Positions 53,410 through 64,000 of a stretch of DNA of 64,000 bases are shown piece after piece. Both the position numbers and the translations under genes were made by a program. The notes below the pieces were generated by a model. It was not told the origin of the DNA and searched no databases. It saw only the letters and a list, made by a program, of their open reading frames with translations. Source of the stretch: Tortispora ganteri (Eukaryota); the NCBI GenBank assembly GCA_003707115.1, contig PPNB01000018.1:62001-126000 (forward strand), in the 5' to 3' direction. Position 1 is the stretch's first letter, and the number at the start of each line of letters is the position of its first letter.

Positions 53410-54150
53410 ATGGCTAAAATTGCAATCGTTCTGTATTCTATGTACGGCCATATCGCCAAGTTGGCGGAGGCAGAAGCCACTGGCGCTCGCGAAGCCGGCG
53501 CAGATGTGACTATCTTCCAGGTCCCCGAGACTCTCAATGACGAGGTTCTCGCCCTGCTCCATGCTCCTCCTAAACCCGAGTACCCTTCCATCACTCCAGA
53601 TGAACTTGTAAACTATGACGCATTTATCTTTGGCTTCCCTACGCGCTTCGGCACGTTCCCAGCACAATGGAAGACATTCTGGGATGCTACTGGCGCGCTA
53701 TGGGCCTCTGGTGCGCTCTACGGCAAATACGCCGCTGTCTTCGTCTCTACCGGCACTCCAGGAGGCGGTCAGGAGACTACTCCGTTTAATTTCCTGTCGA
53801 CATTGTCTCATCATGGTATAATATTTTGTCCGTTGGGTTACGCAACCGCGTTCCCACAGCTGACAAGTTTCGAAGAAGTCCACGGTTCTTCACCATGGGG
53901 CGCTGGCACTTTTGCTGGAACAGATGGGTCACGTACCCCATCTGATCTCGAGCTCAAGATTGCAACCATACAAGGAACCGAGTTCGCAAAGACTGTAGCT
54001 AAAGCTTTTGACAATTCTGCTGCAGCTGCTTCCACCAGCGCTCCGGCGCCCGCCGCTCCGGCTAAAAGCGAGAAAGTCGAAGAAACAGCCAAATCCTCCA
54101 CTGAGCAAAACGCCGACTCTGGATGCTGTAACAACTGTGTCATCTCATAA
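53410..54150 (+). CDS. YCP4: Flavodoxin-like protein with lipidated C-terminal tail (Ycp4-like)
   Basis: Same WrbA-type motifs plus Ala/Pro linker ending GCCNNCVIS (CaaX with upstream Cys); ATG 53410. Confidence 0.88.
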   Translation: MAKIAIVLYSMYGHIAKLAEAEATGAREAGADVTIFQVPETLNDEVLALLHAPPKPEYPSITPDELVNYDAFIFGFPTRFGTFPAQWKTFWDATGALWASGALYGKYAAVFVSTGTPGGGQETTPFNFLSTLSHHGIIFCPLGYATAFPQLTSFEEVHGSSPWGAGTFAGTDGSRTPSDLELKIATIQGTEFAKTVAKAFDNSAAAASTSAPAPAAPAKSEKVEETAKSSTEQNADSGCCNNCVIS

Positions 54151-54171
54151 TCTCCAGAGCACTTTTAACTC

Positions 54172-56427
54172 TTAGACTGTCGCAAGGAAACTATTGACCA
54201 AGTTTCGCACCGTATAATAAACGGGGTCTGCAGTTCCTTCCACGATCACTTTTCCTTCGTCTAATTTCCTAATGTACACTTTGTTATTGCATACAAGCAC
54301 ACCAGATCCCCGTAGCTCTGCAACATAGCCTCTCTTTACTAGTTCTGCTTTCAATTTAGCCAGCATAACATTTCCAACAGTCACTGGTCGAACTCTTGCG
54401 GTGATTGCAGCGCCATCGGCCGGAACAAGTTCTAGCCCACCTTGCTCATTGAGCGAATATTTACCTGTAATATGTGCAACCGTGTAGTTGTTGCTTAGTT
54501 CTTTCCATCGCAGCCTAGAGGCAAGTTCAGGTGAAACTTCAACAGAAAAAGCGCTGATATCTACACTGGCATCAATCGTTTCTCCTATCTTTGGCGTCCT
54601 GACCGACCGCACTCCAATGCTTACTAGCTCGTCCGCAAGGTTTTTCACTTGTAAAGGGACTTTTGTGCTTTTTATATCATCCGGGAAACTGAGTAATATG
54701 ACATTGCGCGGCTGCAGCCTAGGAGCAATCATTCTCACCGAGCGCGAGTCAGTAAGACCCTCGATATCATAGTAGGCACACTTGCATACCACGTTCAGAG
54801 ATACGACTTGGTGCAAGAGTTTGGTTGGAATATATCTAGCGGTTTGTTGCAGAAGCAGACCCTGCTTATCTTGCTCTTCGACTTCTGTTTTGTTCATGCC
54901 GGGCTCGTCTATCGCATAATCTGAGTGCTTTATAACTTCTCCGTATTCGTCAGCTCGTACACGTTTCTGTATAAAAGGAAACACTTTATCGCGTTTAGTT
55001 GCAAACCGAACGTCAATATCGTGTACCTTGTCTGAATAAACCAGCTGGTACACTCCGTCTGATCGTTGAGTGGTCTGGCCGGCGTTTTGATCATCATCTT
55101 CTTCTTCGGAAGAAGAGGAAGAATCCTCCTCTTCAAAGATACTCTGTGTATTGGTGTTTTCTGCTTGCTCCTTCAGCGATTGCTTGAGCTTCAAACTGCG
55201 TTCAAATGCCTCGCGTTCGTCGTCGTCAAGCTGTACGAGTCTGGACACATTTATATCCATCGACTTTGACAGAGCGATTGCTTTAGACGGCTCGTTCAGA
55301 TCCAGTTCGTCGTATAGCGCACGCGCCGTAGTTGCAAGACTTGGAGTTTCGCAAAAAAGAACTGCTGAATTCGGATCGCCACTGATAGCGGCAAAAACGT
55401 AACGTGACGGTCCCCATTCGAGGCCAGTGCCAGGGCAAAGTACGACTTTCGGACCTGGAACCGACAATACCATGTCTGGATGTGGAACAACGACCATGTG
55501 GTCAAACGCAAAATAGCCCGCTCCTTCCCACTGCGATGTTACCTCTGCAGTCATCCACTCCTGCATGACCTGGGCGTAAGAGAATGTACGGTGAGCGGCT
55601 TCAGACACTAGATAGAGTGGGTATGTGATGTGTTGTGAGGACCAATATCGGTCGAATATGACTGCAACCTCCAGTAATCGACCTGCAGATTCCGTAGGCA
55701 CAAGCACGGTACCTCCGCGGTCGTTGAAGCGTACAGCAGCTTCTGGCAGGGCGCGAGGCGGCAGGCGAGAGCCATGCGTGAACCTAAGGGATGTGATGAA
55801 GGCAGTCGGGCGGCTGAACGTGTCTAAAACAGATCCGTCAGCACGGACAAGCGAAGTAGGCATAAGATGACCGTCTCTGGAATGGTTCCAGTCGACGGCA
55901 AATAGAACGTCTTCCTGTCCGAGTCTTAAACTCCACATGGTGCCGCCGACGGTGTGGCCGGCGTTGTAGGGAGTGACTATGAGTCCCTTTTCGATTGTAG
56001 ATGTCTGAAAATATTTCAATACGTTAACGGTGTCAAAAATAGAGTCGATCTCATCGGTAGTGATAACGTCATCAGAGACACCGAGCCTTTTGGCGATGTT
56101 GGCGTAGTCAAGATAGCGGTAGCTATCGATGGAGACTATTCTACCCATGTTGATGACGGGCAGGGATGCATAAACTGGCACGTTCATAAACTCAGGTACT
56201 TTGGCTTTCAAGTAAGCAAATGCGCCAATATGATTGATTGTAGCATGTGTGAGCAAAACGACATCGATTGTCGAGACGATGTTCTTGAGCGGTTCGATGA
56301 ACGAAGCGTCGAGCGTTTCATGCCATCCTGCGTCTATAAGGACACGTACGTTATCTATGACAAGTAGAGATTGCGCTACCGTACCAGTAAGACCTCCAGC
56401 CGACAGAATCGGTGTGTATGTGAACAT
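54172..56427 (-). CDS. CFT2: Cleavage and polyadenylation factor CPSF100 (inactive MBL/beta-CASP)
   Basis: VLIDAGW, LLTHATINHIGA, NAGHTVGGTMW, AVDWNHSRDGHL, DEYGEVI, DIEGLTDSRS. Confidence 0.92.
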   Translation of the reverse strand: MFTYTPILSAGGLTGTVAQSLLVIDNVRVLIDAGWHETLDASFIEPLKNIVSTIDVVLLTHATINHIGAFAYLKAKVPEFMNVPVYASLPVINMGRIVSIDSYRYLDYANIAKRLGVSDDVITTDEIDSIFDTVNVLKYFQTSTIEKGLIVTPYNAGHTVGGTMWSLRLGQEDVLFAVDWNHSRDGHLMPTSLVRADGSVLDTFSRPTAFITSLRFTHGSRLPPRALPEAAVRFNDRGGTVLVPTESAGRLLEVAVIFDRYWSSQHITYPLYLVSEAAHRTFSYAQVMQEWMTAEVTSQWEGAGYFAFDHMVVVPHPDMVLSVPGPKVVLCPGTGLEWGPSRYVFAAISGDPNSAVLFCETPSLATTARALYDELDLNEPSKAIALSKSMDINVSRLVQLDDDEREAFERSLKLKQSLKEQAENTNTQSIFEEEDSSSSSEEEDDDQNAGQTTQRSDGVYQLVYSDKVHDIDVRFATKRDKVFPFIQKRVRADEYGEVIKHSDYAIDEPGMNKTEVEEQDKQGLLLQQTARYIPTKLLHQVVSLNVVCKCAYYDIEGLTDSRSVRMIAPRLQPRNVILLSFPDDIKSTKVPLQVKNLADELVSIGVRSVRTPKIGETIDASVDISAFSVEVSPELASRLRWKELSNNYTVAHITGKYSLNEQGGLELVPADGAAITARVRPVTVGNVMLAKLKAELVKRGYVAELRGSGVLVCNNKVYIRKLDEGKVIVEGTADPVYYTVRNLVNSFLATV

Positions 56428-56563
56428 TCAGGGGAATCGTTGGTGCAGTGCTGGTTCAGTTGAAGAAGCAGCAGGTGTGTGCGTGTGTGTGTTCAGTCAC
56501 GTGATGAGAAGTTTTCCCATCGAAACGCGCCCGCCAACGACTTTTAGAAAGCTTTTGAGACAC

Positions 56564-57598
56564 ATGGACGCGCGACAAATACCGTGGGTAGAAAAATATC
56601 GTCCGAGTAAGCTAGATGAAGTAGCTGCTCAAGGGAATACTGTTGAAGTTCTGCGGAAAAGCTTGAAGTTGGCGAACCTGCCACATATGTTATTCTATGG
56701 ACCCCCCGGGACAGGTAAGACGTCGACGATACTAGCTCTGTGCAAGGAACTGTTTGGACCTAGACTTATGAAATCACGTGTACTTGAGCTGAACGCGTCA
56801 GATGAACGTGGTATTAATGTTGTTCGAAATTCAATAAAGACATTTGCTCAGCTAACAGTCTCTGCGGCAACACAAGAAGACAAACAGAACTATCCCTGTC
56901 CGCCATACAAGGTCATTATTCTTGATGAGGCGGACTCGATGACGCAAGACGCCCAGGGTGCACTTCGTAGGATCATGGAAAACTATTCAGAGATTACGCG
57001 ATTTTGTCTTGTATGCAACTACGTGACGCGCATTATCGACCCAGTCACTTCACGATGTTCGAAGTTCAGGTTTACATCGCTCGACAGAAATAGTGCGCTC
57101 GAGCGGCTAGACTACATTCGAAGCAACGAAGGGCTTATGTGTGAAGACGGAGTATTAGACTTGCTATTACATGCGGCTAATGGAGATCTGCGCAAGGCCA
57201 TTACGTACCTTCAGTCTGCGTCTATGTTCCACCAAGGCAACGCTGAGAACGGTATGGAGGTCGACTCTACTACAGTTACAATGGAAAGCGTACAGGAAAT
57301 AACCGGGTTAGTACCGGAAAGTGTCATTGAGAGGTTTGTGCAACTCACTGAGAATATCGATGTCGACACGTTAAAACAGACCGTTGAAGACGCCGTCAAC
57401 GACGGCTGGAGCGCGACACAGATTCTAAACCAATTTCATGACAACATTATTCAGAACAACATGATCGGCACAAATGCAAAAACTGAGATATCATTACTAC
57501 TATCTCGCATTGACAGGTGCTTGACGGACGGCGCCGATGAGGAATTGACACTGCTAGATTTGTTCGTTCAATGTGCAGAGATTAGGTCTAAATATTAA
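56564..57598 (+). CDS. RFC2: Replication factor C small subunit
   Basis: PWVEKYRP, GPPGTGKT, YPCPPYKVIILDEADSMT, SRC motif; ATG 56564 (the longer ORF overlaps CFT2 and is not credible). Confidence 0.95.
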   Translation: MDARQIPWVEKYRPSKLDEVAAQGNTVEVLRKSLKLANLPHMLFYGPPGTGKTSTILALCKELFGPRLMKSRVLELNASDERGINVVRNSIKTFAQLTVSAATQEDKQNYPCPPYKVIILDEADSMTQDAQGALRRIMENYSEITRFCLVCNYVTRIIDPVTSRCSKFRFTSLDRNSALERLDYIRSNEGLMCEDGVLDLLLHAANGDLRKAITYLQSASMFHQGNAENGMEVDSTTVTMESVQEITGLVPESVIERFVQLTENIDVDTLKQTVEDAVNDGWSATQILNQFHDNIIQNNMIGTNAKTEISLLLSRIDRCLTDGADEELTLLDLFVQCAEIRSKY

Positions 57599-58458
57599 TT
57601 TGGAAACACCTGACGAACATTAATGTTGATTCGCTTTTTGCTGATCCAGTCAGGGTATCTTTCAGGGTGTATTTTCGTGAGCTCGCTGTAATCATAATTG
57701 CATAGATACGCGGGACATGTATCGGGGAAGATTTTGGCAACACCATGCCATGCTCGTCGTGCTGGGCCAGACATAATGAGCATGTCACCGGAATGCAGCA
57801 GCAGCGGCTGTATGTCGTCGATGCCTACCAGAAAAAGACAGTCGCAACCGAGACTAACGCTGATAAGGTCGGCGTCGCATAGTTCTGCGATGTCCTGGTG
57901 CAAAAATAAAATATCACCAGGAGAATAGAAGTTGATTATTGCTGCTTCAGGTATGATCTTGACGTTTTTATTGTTTTTTAAGATTCTAGTCAGCGAATCG
58001 GGGAAAGCAGGAAACTCAGGCGATCCTTTAGAGAAATTCGGGTACACTTTTGCTGACCAATCATATTGTCCGCCAAGCGTTACCCAGCGCAGTTTACGTG
58101 CGATCTGATCGGCGTTGAGTTTCTTACCTGTGTGAAACGTAATTTGCGTGGTTGGATCGAGAATATGAAAAGCTGATGGAATCTCATAATGCGGTGTCAA
58201 GTTGTTTCTATGTACAGGATCGGCTACGTACTCTTCAACAGTACGTACGAGCATCTCACGTTGCTCACTTGGCGTGTAAGCGTTGCGAATGACCACCAGG
58301 CCAGCTGCGACATCTGCGACATCCACGTCGTCGTTCGCGTAGCCGTTCACGTAGCCGTTCACGGCTATGAATGGGTTTGCACGATACTGCTTGAACTTCT
58401 CACGCAAATGATCAGGCACAGGCGGTCGCAGGTCCCCACCGCAGTCTGATCCGCTCAT
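57595..58458 (-). CDS. AlkB-family 2OG/Fe(II) dioxygenase (ALKBH1/Abh1-like)
   Basis: RKLRWVTLGGQYDW, EAAIINFYSPGD..HQD, AWHGV, RININVRQV; first ATG 58458. Confidence 0.9.
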   Translation of the reverse strand: MSGSDCGGDLRPPVPDHLREKFKQYRANPFIAVNGYVNGYANDDVDVADVAAGLVVIRNAYTPSEQREMLVRTVEEYVADPVHRNNLTPHYEIPSAFHILDPTTQITFHTGKKLNADQIARKLRWVTLGGQYDWSAKVYPNFSKGSPEFPAFPDSLTRILKNNKNVKIIPEAAIINFYSPGDILFLHQDIAELCDADLISVSLGCDCLFLVGIDDIQPLLLHSGDMLIMSGPARRAWHGVAKIFPDTCPAYLCNYDYSELTKIHPERYPDWISKKRININVRQVFPN

Positions 58459-59039
58459 TTGTTCCCCGCGTCTTATAGTACGATTTTCATTTACAGCGCC
58501 GCCTATATTTGCGTGCTTTTTCTTCTCCACGACAGGGTTTTTTTTTTTTCTATTTTCCAGTACACTTTTTGCGCATTGGTTTTTGCCCTTAACCCTGGAT
58601 GCCTAATGCGGTTATCTCGCGAATTGAATCTATCATGACCCGGCTAAAATTACCTATTTGGGTCAATCGCCCGATGCCTGCACACTCTTGATTAACGCAG
58701 TACCACTTCTCTGTCTCGCAAAACATCTCAAAATGACCCCATTTGTATTAATTATAATATATTTATGATTTTTCGTTGCGAATACCCCAGCAGTATGTGC
58801 TAACGAGCTCGTAATTTGGACTAACCGATGACGCGCTAAGTATCCGAATACTAGGCCATCGCATGTGGGACTTCCGACGCACCCTGCGTCCTGTGATTCT
58901 GATTGGCTAATATGGATACCGCAAAGCTTAACTTTCCTTATCCCGGAGCCACCCCCGCGAAATGTGGAGATCGTATATATAGTCAAGTCAGCTGCAATAA
59001 GTTCTTTTTCCGTTTTACCAACAGCTCACAACTTCGGCA

Positions 59040-60620
59040 ATGCTTCGCGTTTCCCGTTCGAGAGTCGTCGCACCATGTGTGCGCGCCTACTCATCATATC
59101 CGATGACCCACGACAAAATCGCCAGCCCGAAAGATGCTACGAACTTCATCAATGGCAAGTTCGAGCCATCAAAGGCCACCAAATGGTTCGATATCCACGA
59201 CCCGGCTACTAACTATTTGGTTTCTCGTGCTCCTCAATCTACTCCCGAAGAACTGAAAGCTGCCGTCGATGCTGCTGCCGCCGCTTACCCGGAATGGTCG
59301 CGTACTACTATCTTGAGCCGTCAACAAATAATGTTTAACTACGTCCGACTCATCAGAGAAAACTGGGACAGACTCGCTGCTTCTATCACTTTAGAGCAGG
59401 GTAAGACTTTTGATGACGCTAAGGGTGATGTCCTACGTGGTCTGCAGGTCGCCGAAAGCGCCTGTGCCATCCCACATCAGCTGCTTGGAACTAACCTTCC
59501 TGTTGCCAAAAATATGGAAACCAAAGCGTACCGCGTACCTCTTGGTGTTATTGCATCCATTTGCCCCTTCAATTTCCCTGCTATGATTCCTCTCTGGTCT
59601 ATTCCTCTTGTAACCGCCACTGGTAACACTTTGGTCTTGAAACCTTCTGAGCGCGATCCCGGTGCTACCATGATACTTGCCGAGCTCGCCAAAGAGGCTG
59701 GCTTACCTGACGGTGTTCTCAGCGTTATCCATGGTGGACACGACACTGTTGACTTCATCTTGGATGAACCCCGTATCAAGGCTATTTCGTTTGTCGGATC
59801 CAACCGTGCTGGTGAGTACATTCACTCGCGCGGATCTGCTAACGGAAAGCGCGTCCAAGCTAACCTCGGTGCCAAAAACCATGCTGTGCTTATGCCTGAA
59901 GCCAATAAGAACCACGCTCTGAACGCTATTGTCGGTGCCGCCTTTGGCGCTGCCGGCCAAAGATGCATGGCACTGTCTACTTTGGTCACTGTTGGTGACT
60001 CCAAGGAATGGATGACAGAACTCACTGAACTAGCTAAGGGACTCAAAATCAATGGTGGATTTGAGAAAGGTGCCGATCTTGGTCCTGTTATTAGTCCTCA
60101 GGCTCTTGAGCGCATTGAGGGACTTATTGAAAGCGCTACTGCTGACGGTGCCACTATTGCGCTCGATGGCCGTGGAGTTCGCCCGGAAAAGTACCCTAAC
60201 GGTAACTTCATTGGCCCTACTATTATTACTAACGTTAAACCCGGCATGAAATGCTACGACGAGGAGATTTTTGGACCTGTTCTTGTTGTTCTGCACGCTG
60301 AAACTCTTGATGAGGCTATTTCCATTATCAACAACAACCGATACGGAAACGGTGCTGCTATCTTTACGAACTCTGGACCTGTTGCTGCCAAGTTCGAACG
60401 CGAAATCGAGCCTGGCCAGATTGGCATCAACGTACCTATTCCTGTTCCTCTCCCGATGTTCTCTTTCACAGGAAACAAGGACTCTATTCGTGGAGACATC
60501 AACTTCTATGGCAAAGCCGGTCTTGACTTCTACACACAGTTCAAGACTGTGACATCTTTGTGGCGCGCAGAGGATGCTACTGAAGCCCGTGCTTCTGTGG
60601 TCATGCCTACGAACGAGTAA
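59040..60620 (+). CDS. Mitochondrial methylmalonate-semialdehyde dehydrogenase (ALDH6)
   Basis: [57 protein letters not shown]. Confidence 0.96.
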   Translation: MLRVSRSRVVAPCVRAYSSYPMTHDKIASPKDATNFINGKFEPSKATKWFDIHDPATNYLVSRAPQSTPEELKAAVDAAAAAYPEWSRTTILSRQQIMFNYVRLIRENWDRLAASITLEQGKTFDDAKGDVLRGLQVAESACAIPHQLLGTNLPVAKNMETKAYRVPLGVIASICPFNFPAMIPLWSIPLVTATGNTLVLKPSERDPGATMILAELAKEAGLPDGVLSVIHGGHDTVDFILDEPRIKAISFVGSNRAGEYIHSRGSANGKRVQANLGAKNHAVLMPEANKNHALNAIVGAAFGAAGQRCMALSTLVTVGDSKEWMTELTELAKGLKINGGFEKGADLGPVISPQALERIEGLIESATADGATIALDGRGVRPEKYPNGNFIGPTIITNVKPGMKCYDEEIFGPVLVVLHAETLDEAISIINNNRYGNGAAIFTNSGPVAAKFEREIEPGQIGINVPIPVPLPMFSFTGNKDSIRGDINFYGKAGLDFYTQFKTVTSLWRAEDATEARASVVMPTNE

Positions 60621-60786
60621 TTTACTAAAAGTATGCGAATACAATAAAAATAAGGCGTATATATGGTTCTTAATCCGTCTAGGGTGTATGTATATATGTA
60701 TGCATGTATGCAGGTTGGGTCGCCACTCACTGACGAATGCAAAGCTTTTTGTAAAGCATAAGGTTGTCTGCGAGATTCAATGGTAT

Positions 60787-61149
60787 CTAGAAAAAAGATG
60801 AATGATCCTCGCTTTTGAGACGCTCGTTCATTTCCTGCTGCAGCTCACGGGTCTTGTCACGTTTGCGCCGGGCAGTGGCAAGGTACCTGTTGCTAAAATC
60901 TGGAGCTCTAGCGTGACTGAATACTTCCACTATACGTCGCTGTGTAGAGCTTGCATACTCGCTAATGCTTCTGCCTTTGACAGATATACTTATTGAGCCA
61001 TCTTCCTCAAAACGGACGTCATCCTGCTCTGCAAAGCGCTGTGAGACAGTGCCCTTGATATGCGAAAACACACTGTATGCAATAACTCCAGCAATTGAAA
61101 GTAAAACGATCGATATACCAAGTCCTATGAATGTGATAGCTTTACCCAT
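60787..61149 (-). CDS. Small single-pass membrane protein of unknown function (120 aa)
   Basis: ATG 61149, N-terminal hydrophobic helix, then GSISISVK..Y...TQ motif; fills the gap between two genes. Confidence 0.65.
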   Translation of the reverse strand: MGKAITFIGLGISIVLLSIAGVIAYSVFSHIKGTVSQRFAEQDDVRFEEDGSISISVKGRSISEYASSTQRRIVEVFSHARAPDFSNRYLATARRKRDKTRELQQEMNERLKSEDHSSFF

Positions 61150-61373
61150 GGTAAATGGTCGAATCGAGGCGCAGTGCAAAGACCGCCCTTTATATGGTGG
61201 GTGACGCGTGGTGGTACCTGTGACAAAGTGTAATTAATAAAATAAGGTTCACAGCAAAGTTAAAGAAATTCTTACGGTCAAACAATATATACAAACCGAA
61301 AAAAATTCTAGATATTAAACTAAGAAATATTTTATTTTTATCTGATAACTCAGGAAAGTGCGCTTGTCCGTTA

Positions 61374-63131
61374 CTAAGGCGATCCGGGAGGCAAGTAGCT
61401 CCAGTTGGGGGCATTGATGATAATACCATTAATGATTCCAGCAATTAGACCGGCAATAGGCAAAGTCAGGAACCAGCCGCAGTAGATCCAGATTACCATG
61501 CGCCAGTTGATCGCTTTAAAGTCCCAGTTGCAGAGACCGACGAATACAATTGCGCCGGTAATGCATTGTGTAGTCGACACTGGCAGTCCTAACTGTGTCG
61601 CGATGACTACTGTGATGGCGCCACCAAACTCGACGCTAAATCCGCGCGACGGCGTGTGCAAAGTTAGTCGGTTGCCCAGCTGGCACATCATGTGGTAGCC
61701 GTACGTCCATAGACCGATGACAAGAGCTGCTGCGCAGTATGCGAGAATCCAGACGGGCACGTCAGATTTGCTTCCAGTGGTGCCCGAGGTCCAGACGGCG
61801 AACACAGCCGACAGCGGGCCTACGGCATTGGCAACATCATTCGATCCGTGTGCAAAAGATGCCGTAGCAGCAGTGAGGATCTGCAAGAACGAAAACAGGT
61901 GCTCGACCTTGTTGTCATACACTTCGGCACGTCTGTGCGTGTCGGCAATGTCGCCGCCAAGTTTGCCACCGCGAATCTGTGCCGCATGAATATCCTGTCT
62001 GACACCACGAAGAAGAAAATACACAGCCAGCCGGGCTCCGTGATGCGGATGCCACCACTTGAGTTTAGCCTGCTCAAGCCTTTCAAGGGACAGGTAGTCG
62101 TTGACACGATTCGTGATCCTTCCTACCCCGGTGGCGGGCTCGTCAGCATGCATGACTTCCTGCGAAGGCTGCTTGTCGCCTAATGACTCGTCACTGGCAC
62201 TCACATTCTCAGGATCTTCAGGGGTCTTGGACATAGCATTGCTCATCTTGAGAGTCTGGTAGTAATCGGTGATACCCAAACTGCCATTCGGGTTGGGACC
62301 AGGGTCAGGACGTCTGAGAAGAAAGGGGCCAAAGAACACATGGTATCCCTTGAGTGTCCAGTCTCCCTTGACAAGTAGCTGATAGAAGTAGGGCACAAAG
62401 AAAAAGACTGAGATTAAGAAAATTCCTCCACCAACGCCAAAGATACAACCAACAGTCTGAGCAGCTGTCCAGTCGTCGAGATTGAGTGCAGGAGCACCCT
62501 TCCAGACAATAACCATCGTCAACACGCAGCCCACAATGAGAAAGTAAACTGGTACCAGTGCAAGGCCCCAATAGATAGCCTTCTCGCCGCGGCGCATGAC
62601 AAGGTATTTTGTTATGAGGAAAGAAACGGCCGCAAACCCACCGGCGACACCAGGAGCAATACCCCAGGTAGCAAAGACTGAGGCTACACCGCCCCAACCC
62701 CAATGGACGTAGTCGGCACCAACGGAAGCGATACCAGCACCAATAACTCCACCGACGATAGAGTGTGTAGTGGACACAGGCATGCCCATGAAAGTAGCAA
62801 ACGTGAGCCAAAGGGAGGAACCGACAAGAGCAGTGCTCATAGTGATCATGAGCATGTAGGGGTTTGATTCAAACTGATCGATGTCTATGATATTGTTCCT
62901 AATTGTGCTGGTAACACGAGCACCGGCAAGAACAGCGCCGAGAAACTCACATACCGTAGCTATCAGCATGGCCTGGTATAGTTTGAGCGAGCGGGAAGAG
63001 ACCGATGTCGCAAAAGAGTTGGCAACATCGTTCGCGCCAATACCCCAAGCGTCTAAGAACGCAAAGATCATGGTGATCGCGAAAATGTAAGTGTACTGAT
63101 GCACGGGGAACGATTCAGCAGCAGCGTCCAT
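61374..63131 (-). CDS. PHO89: Na+/phosphate symporter (PiT family)
   Basis: GANDVANSFATSV, PVSTTHSIVG, FAHGSNDVANAVGP, PSRGF, PVSTTQC. Confidence 0.96.
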   Translation of the reverse strand: MDAAAESFPVHQYTYIFAITMIFAFLDAWGIGANDVANSFATSVSSRSLKLYQAMLIATVCEFLGAVLAGARVTSTIRNNIIDIDQFESNPYMLMITMSTALVGSSLWLTFATFMGMPVSTTHSIVGGVIGAGIASVGADYVHWGWGGVASVFATWGIAPGVAGGFAAVSFLITKYLVMRRGEKAIYWGLALVPVYFLIVGCVLTMVIVWKGAPALNLDDWTAAQTVGCIFGVGGGIFLISVFFFVPYFYQLLVKGDWTLKGYHVFFGPFLLRRPDPGPNPNGSLGITDYYQTLKMSNAMSKTPEDPENVSASDESLGDKQPSQEVMHADEPATGVGRITNRVNDYLSLERLEQAKLKWWHPHHGARLAVYFLLRGVRQDIHAAQIRGGKLGGDIADTHRRAEVYDNKVEHLFSFLQILTAATASFAHGSNDVANAVGPLSAVFAVWTSGTTGSKSDVPVWILAYCAAALVIGLWTYGYHMMCQLGNRLTLHTPSRGFSVEFGGAITVVIATQLGLPVSTTQCITGAIVFVGLCNWDFKAINWRMVIWIYCGWFLTLPIAGLIAGIINGIIINAPNWSYLPPGSP

Positions 63132-63567
63132 GGTTGATCAAATACAGCAGTGTTGTTTCAGAAGCGCACAAGCGTTGACAGAAATTCACACGTAGAAGCA
63201 GAGAAAACAGACGACTGTAATGTCACAGGTATCGGACGATTAATCTAGCGGCGGGAATGAGCGTTTTTCGACTGGATGTATGCTGCTTATATAGCCACAA
63301 ACTAGTCTTAGGAGAACCTGCACTCGATAACGGCCCACGGGATACATGAGTCTTTATTGGTTCTGCGTATGCACAAACTTTTTTTTCTTGTTCTTGGCGG
63401 TATGGTTGATCTAAAAAGTATGATTGGCCGCTTTCTTTGAAAAGACATCGGCCAGGGTCTTGGCACAATTTGGCCCTGCTTTCAGTTGCTTCTTTGCGTG
63501 CATTTATATGGTAGTGACTTCTTAGCACAGTGATAGTAGAATGGTAGATGGTATTGTGATGCCCATA

Positions 63568-63622
63568 CTGTGACACTGTGTGCCATATTGTGTGCGAAAG
63601 AATGTGGCACACAGTGTCACAG
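63568..63622. repeat. Inverted repeat, 22-bp arms with one mismatch, 11-nt spacer
   Basis: CTGTGACACTGTGTGCCATATT (63568-63589) pairs with AATGTGGCACACAGTGTCACAG (63601-63622). Confidence 0.93.
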
Positions 63623-64000
63623 CTCATCGATGCCGATGGGTCAGCGATGGCGGTGGTGCGGCATCAAAACAAAACTTAAAAAGATCATTGGCCAATAAGA
63701 ATTCTAGTATGAGATATCGTTGAACCCTGTCACTGTTCACACTAGGAAGTTCTTGGCGTAACAGAATCAGCCAATCAGAGGCCATAATCTCAGCACGTTT
63801 CTATTTTCGAAGTCGAAAATCAGGTCTAGAGGATCGCAGAGTATTTCTGAATATGGCAGACTGTCGCAGCACCACTAGTTATAGAATCGCTATGCGAATA
63901 AGCGTTCGATATTATAATATATCAGGAACATAGCATCTTGTTCATGAGCATTAAGGTTTTCTAATGCGATTATGTGCGAGCGATGTCGAATCACGGAAAT

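Overview
Gene-dense, intron-poor fungal chromosomal DNA, most consistent with an early-diverging budding yeast (Saccharomycotina). Support: short 47-79 nt introns with (T/G)ACTAAC-type branch points next to the 3' splice site, CTG at conserved Leu positions (standard code), and retained complex I, ALDH6 and ALKBH1 genes. It holds about 30 mostly housekeeping genes (LSB6, STE23, YCG1, NRP1, eEF2, SPO7, IDH2, SEC5, BMS1, RFT1, RPL10, VTI1, SCO1, RPC34, VPS51, RPL33, ISD11, CFT2, RFC2, PHO89 and others). The ORF track misses two elements: an ornithine decarboxylase antizyme gene needing a +1 frameshift at GCC-UGA, and a U3 snoRNA gene split by a spliceosomal intron. Other points of interest are an HMG-box factor with a C-terminal domain resembling a degenerate thymidylate kinase, preceded by a ~3.5 kb AT-rich repeat-containing gap; an atypical Zn-cluster protein; and a 22-bp inverted repeat in the PHO89 promoter. 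No transposon, CRISPR array, rRNA or tRNA was recognised. All calls come from recognising motifs by eye; no database searches were run.
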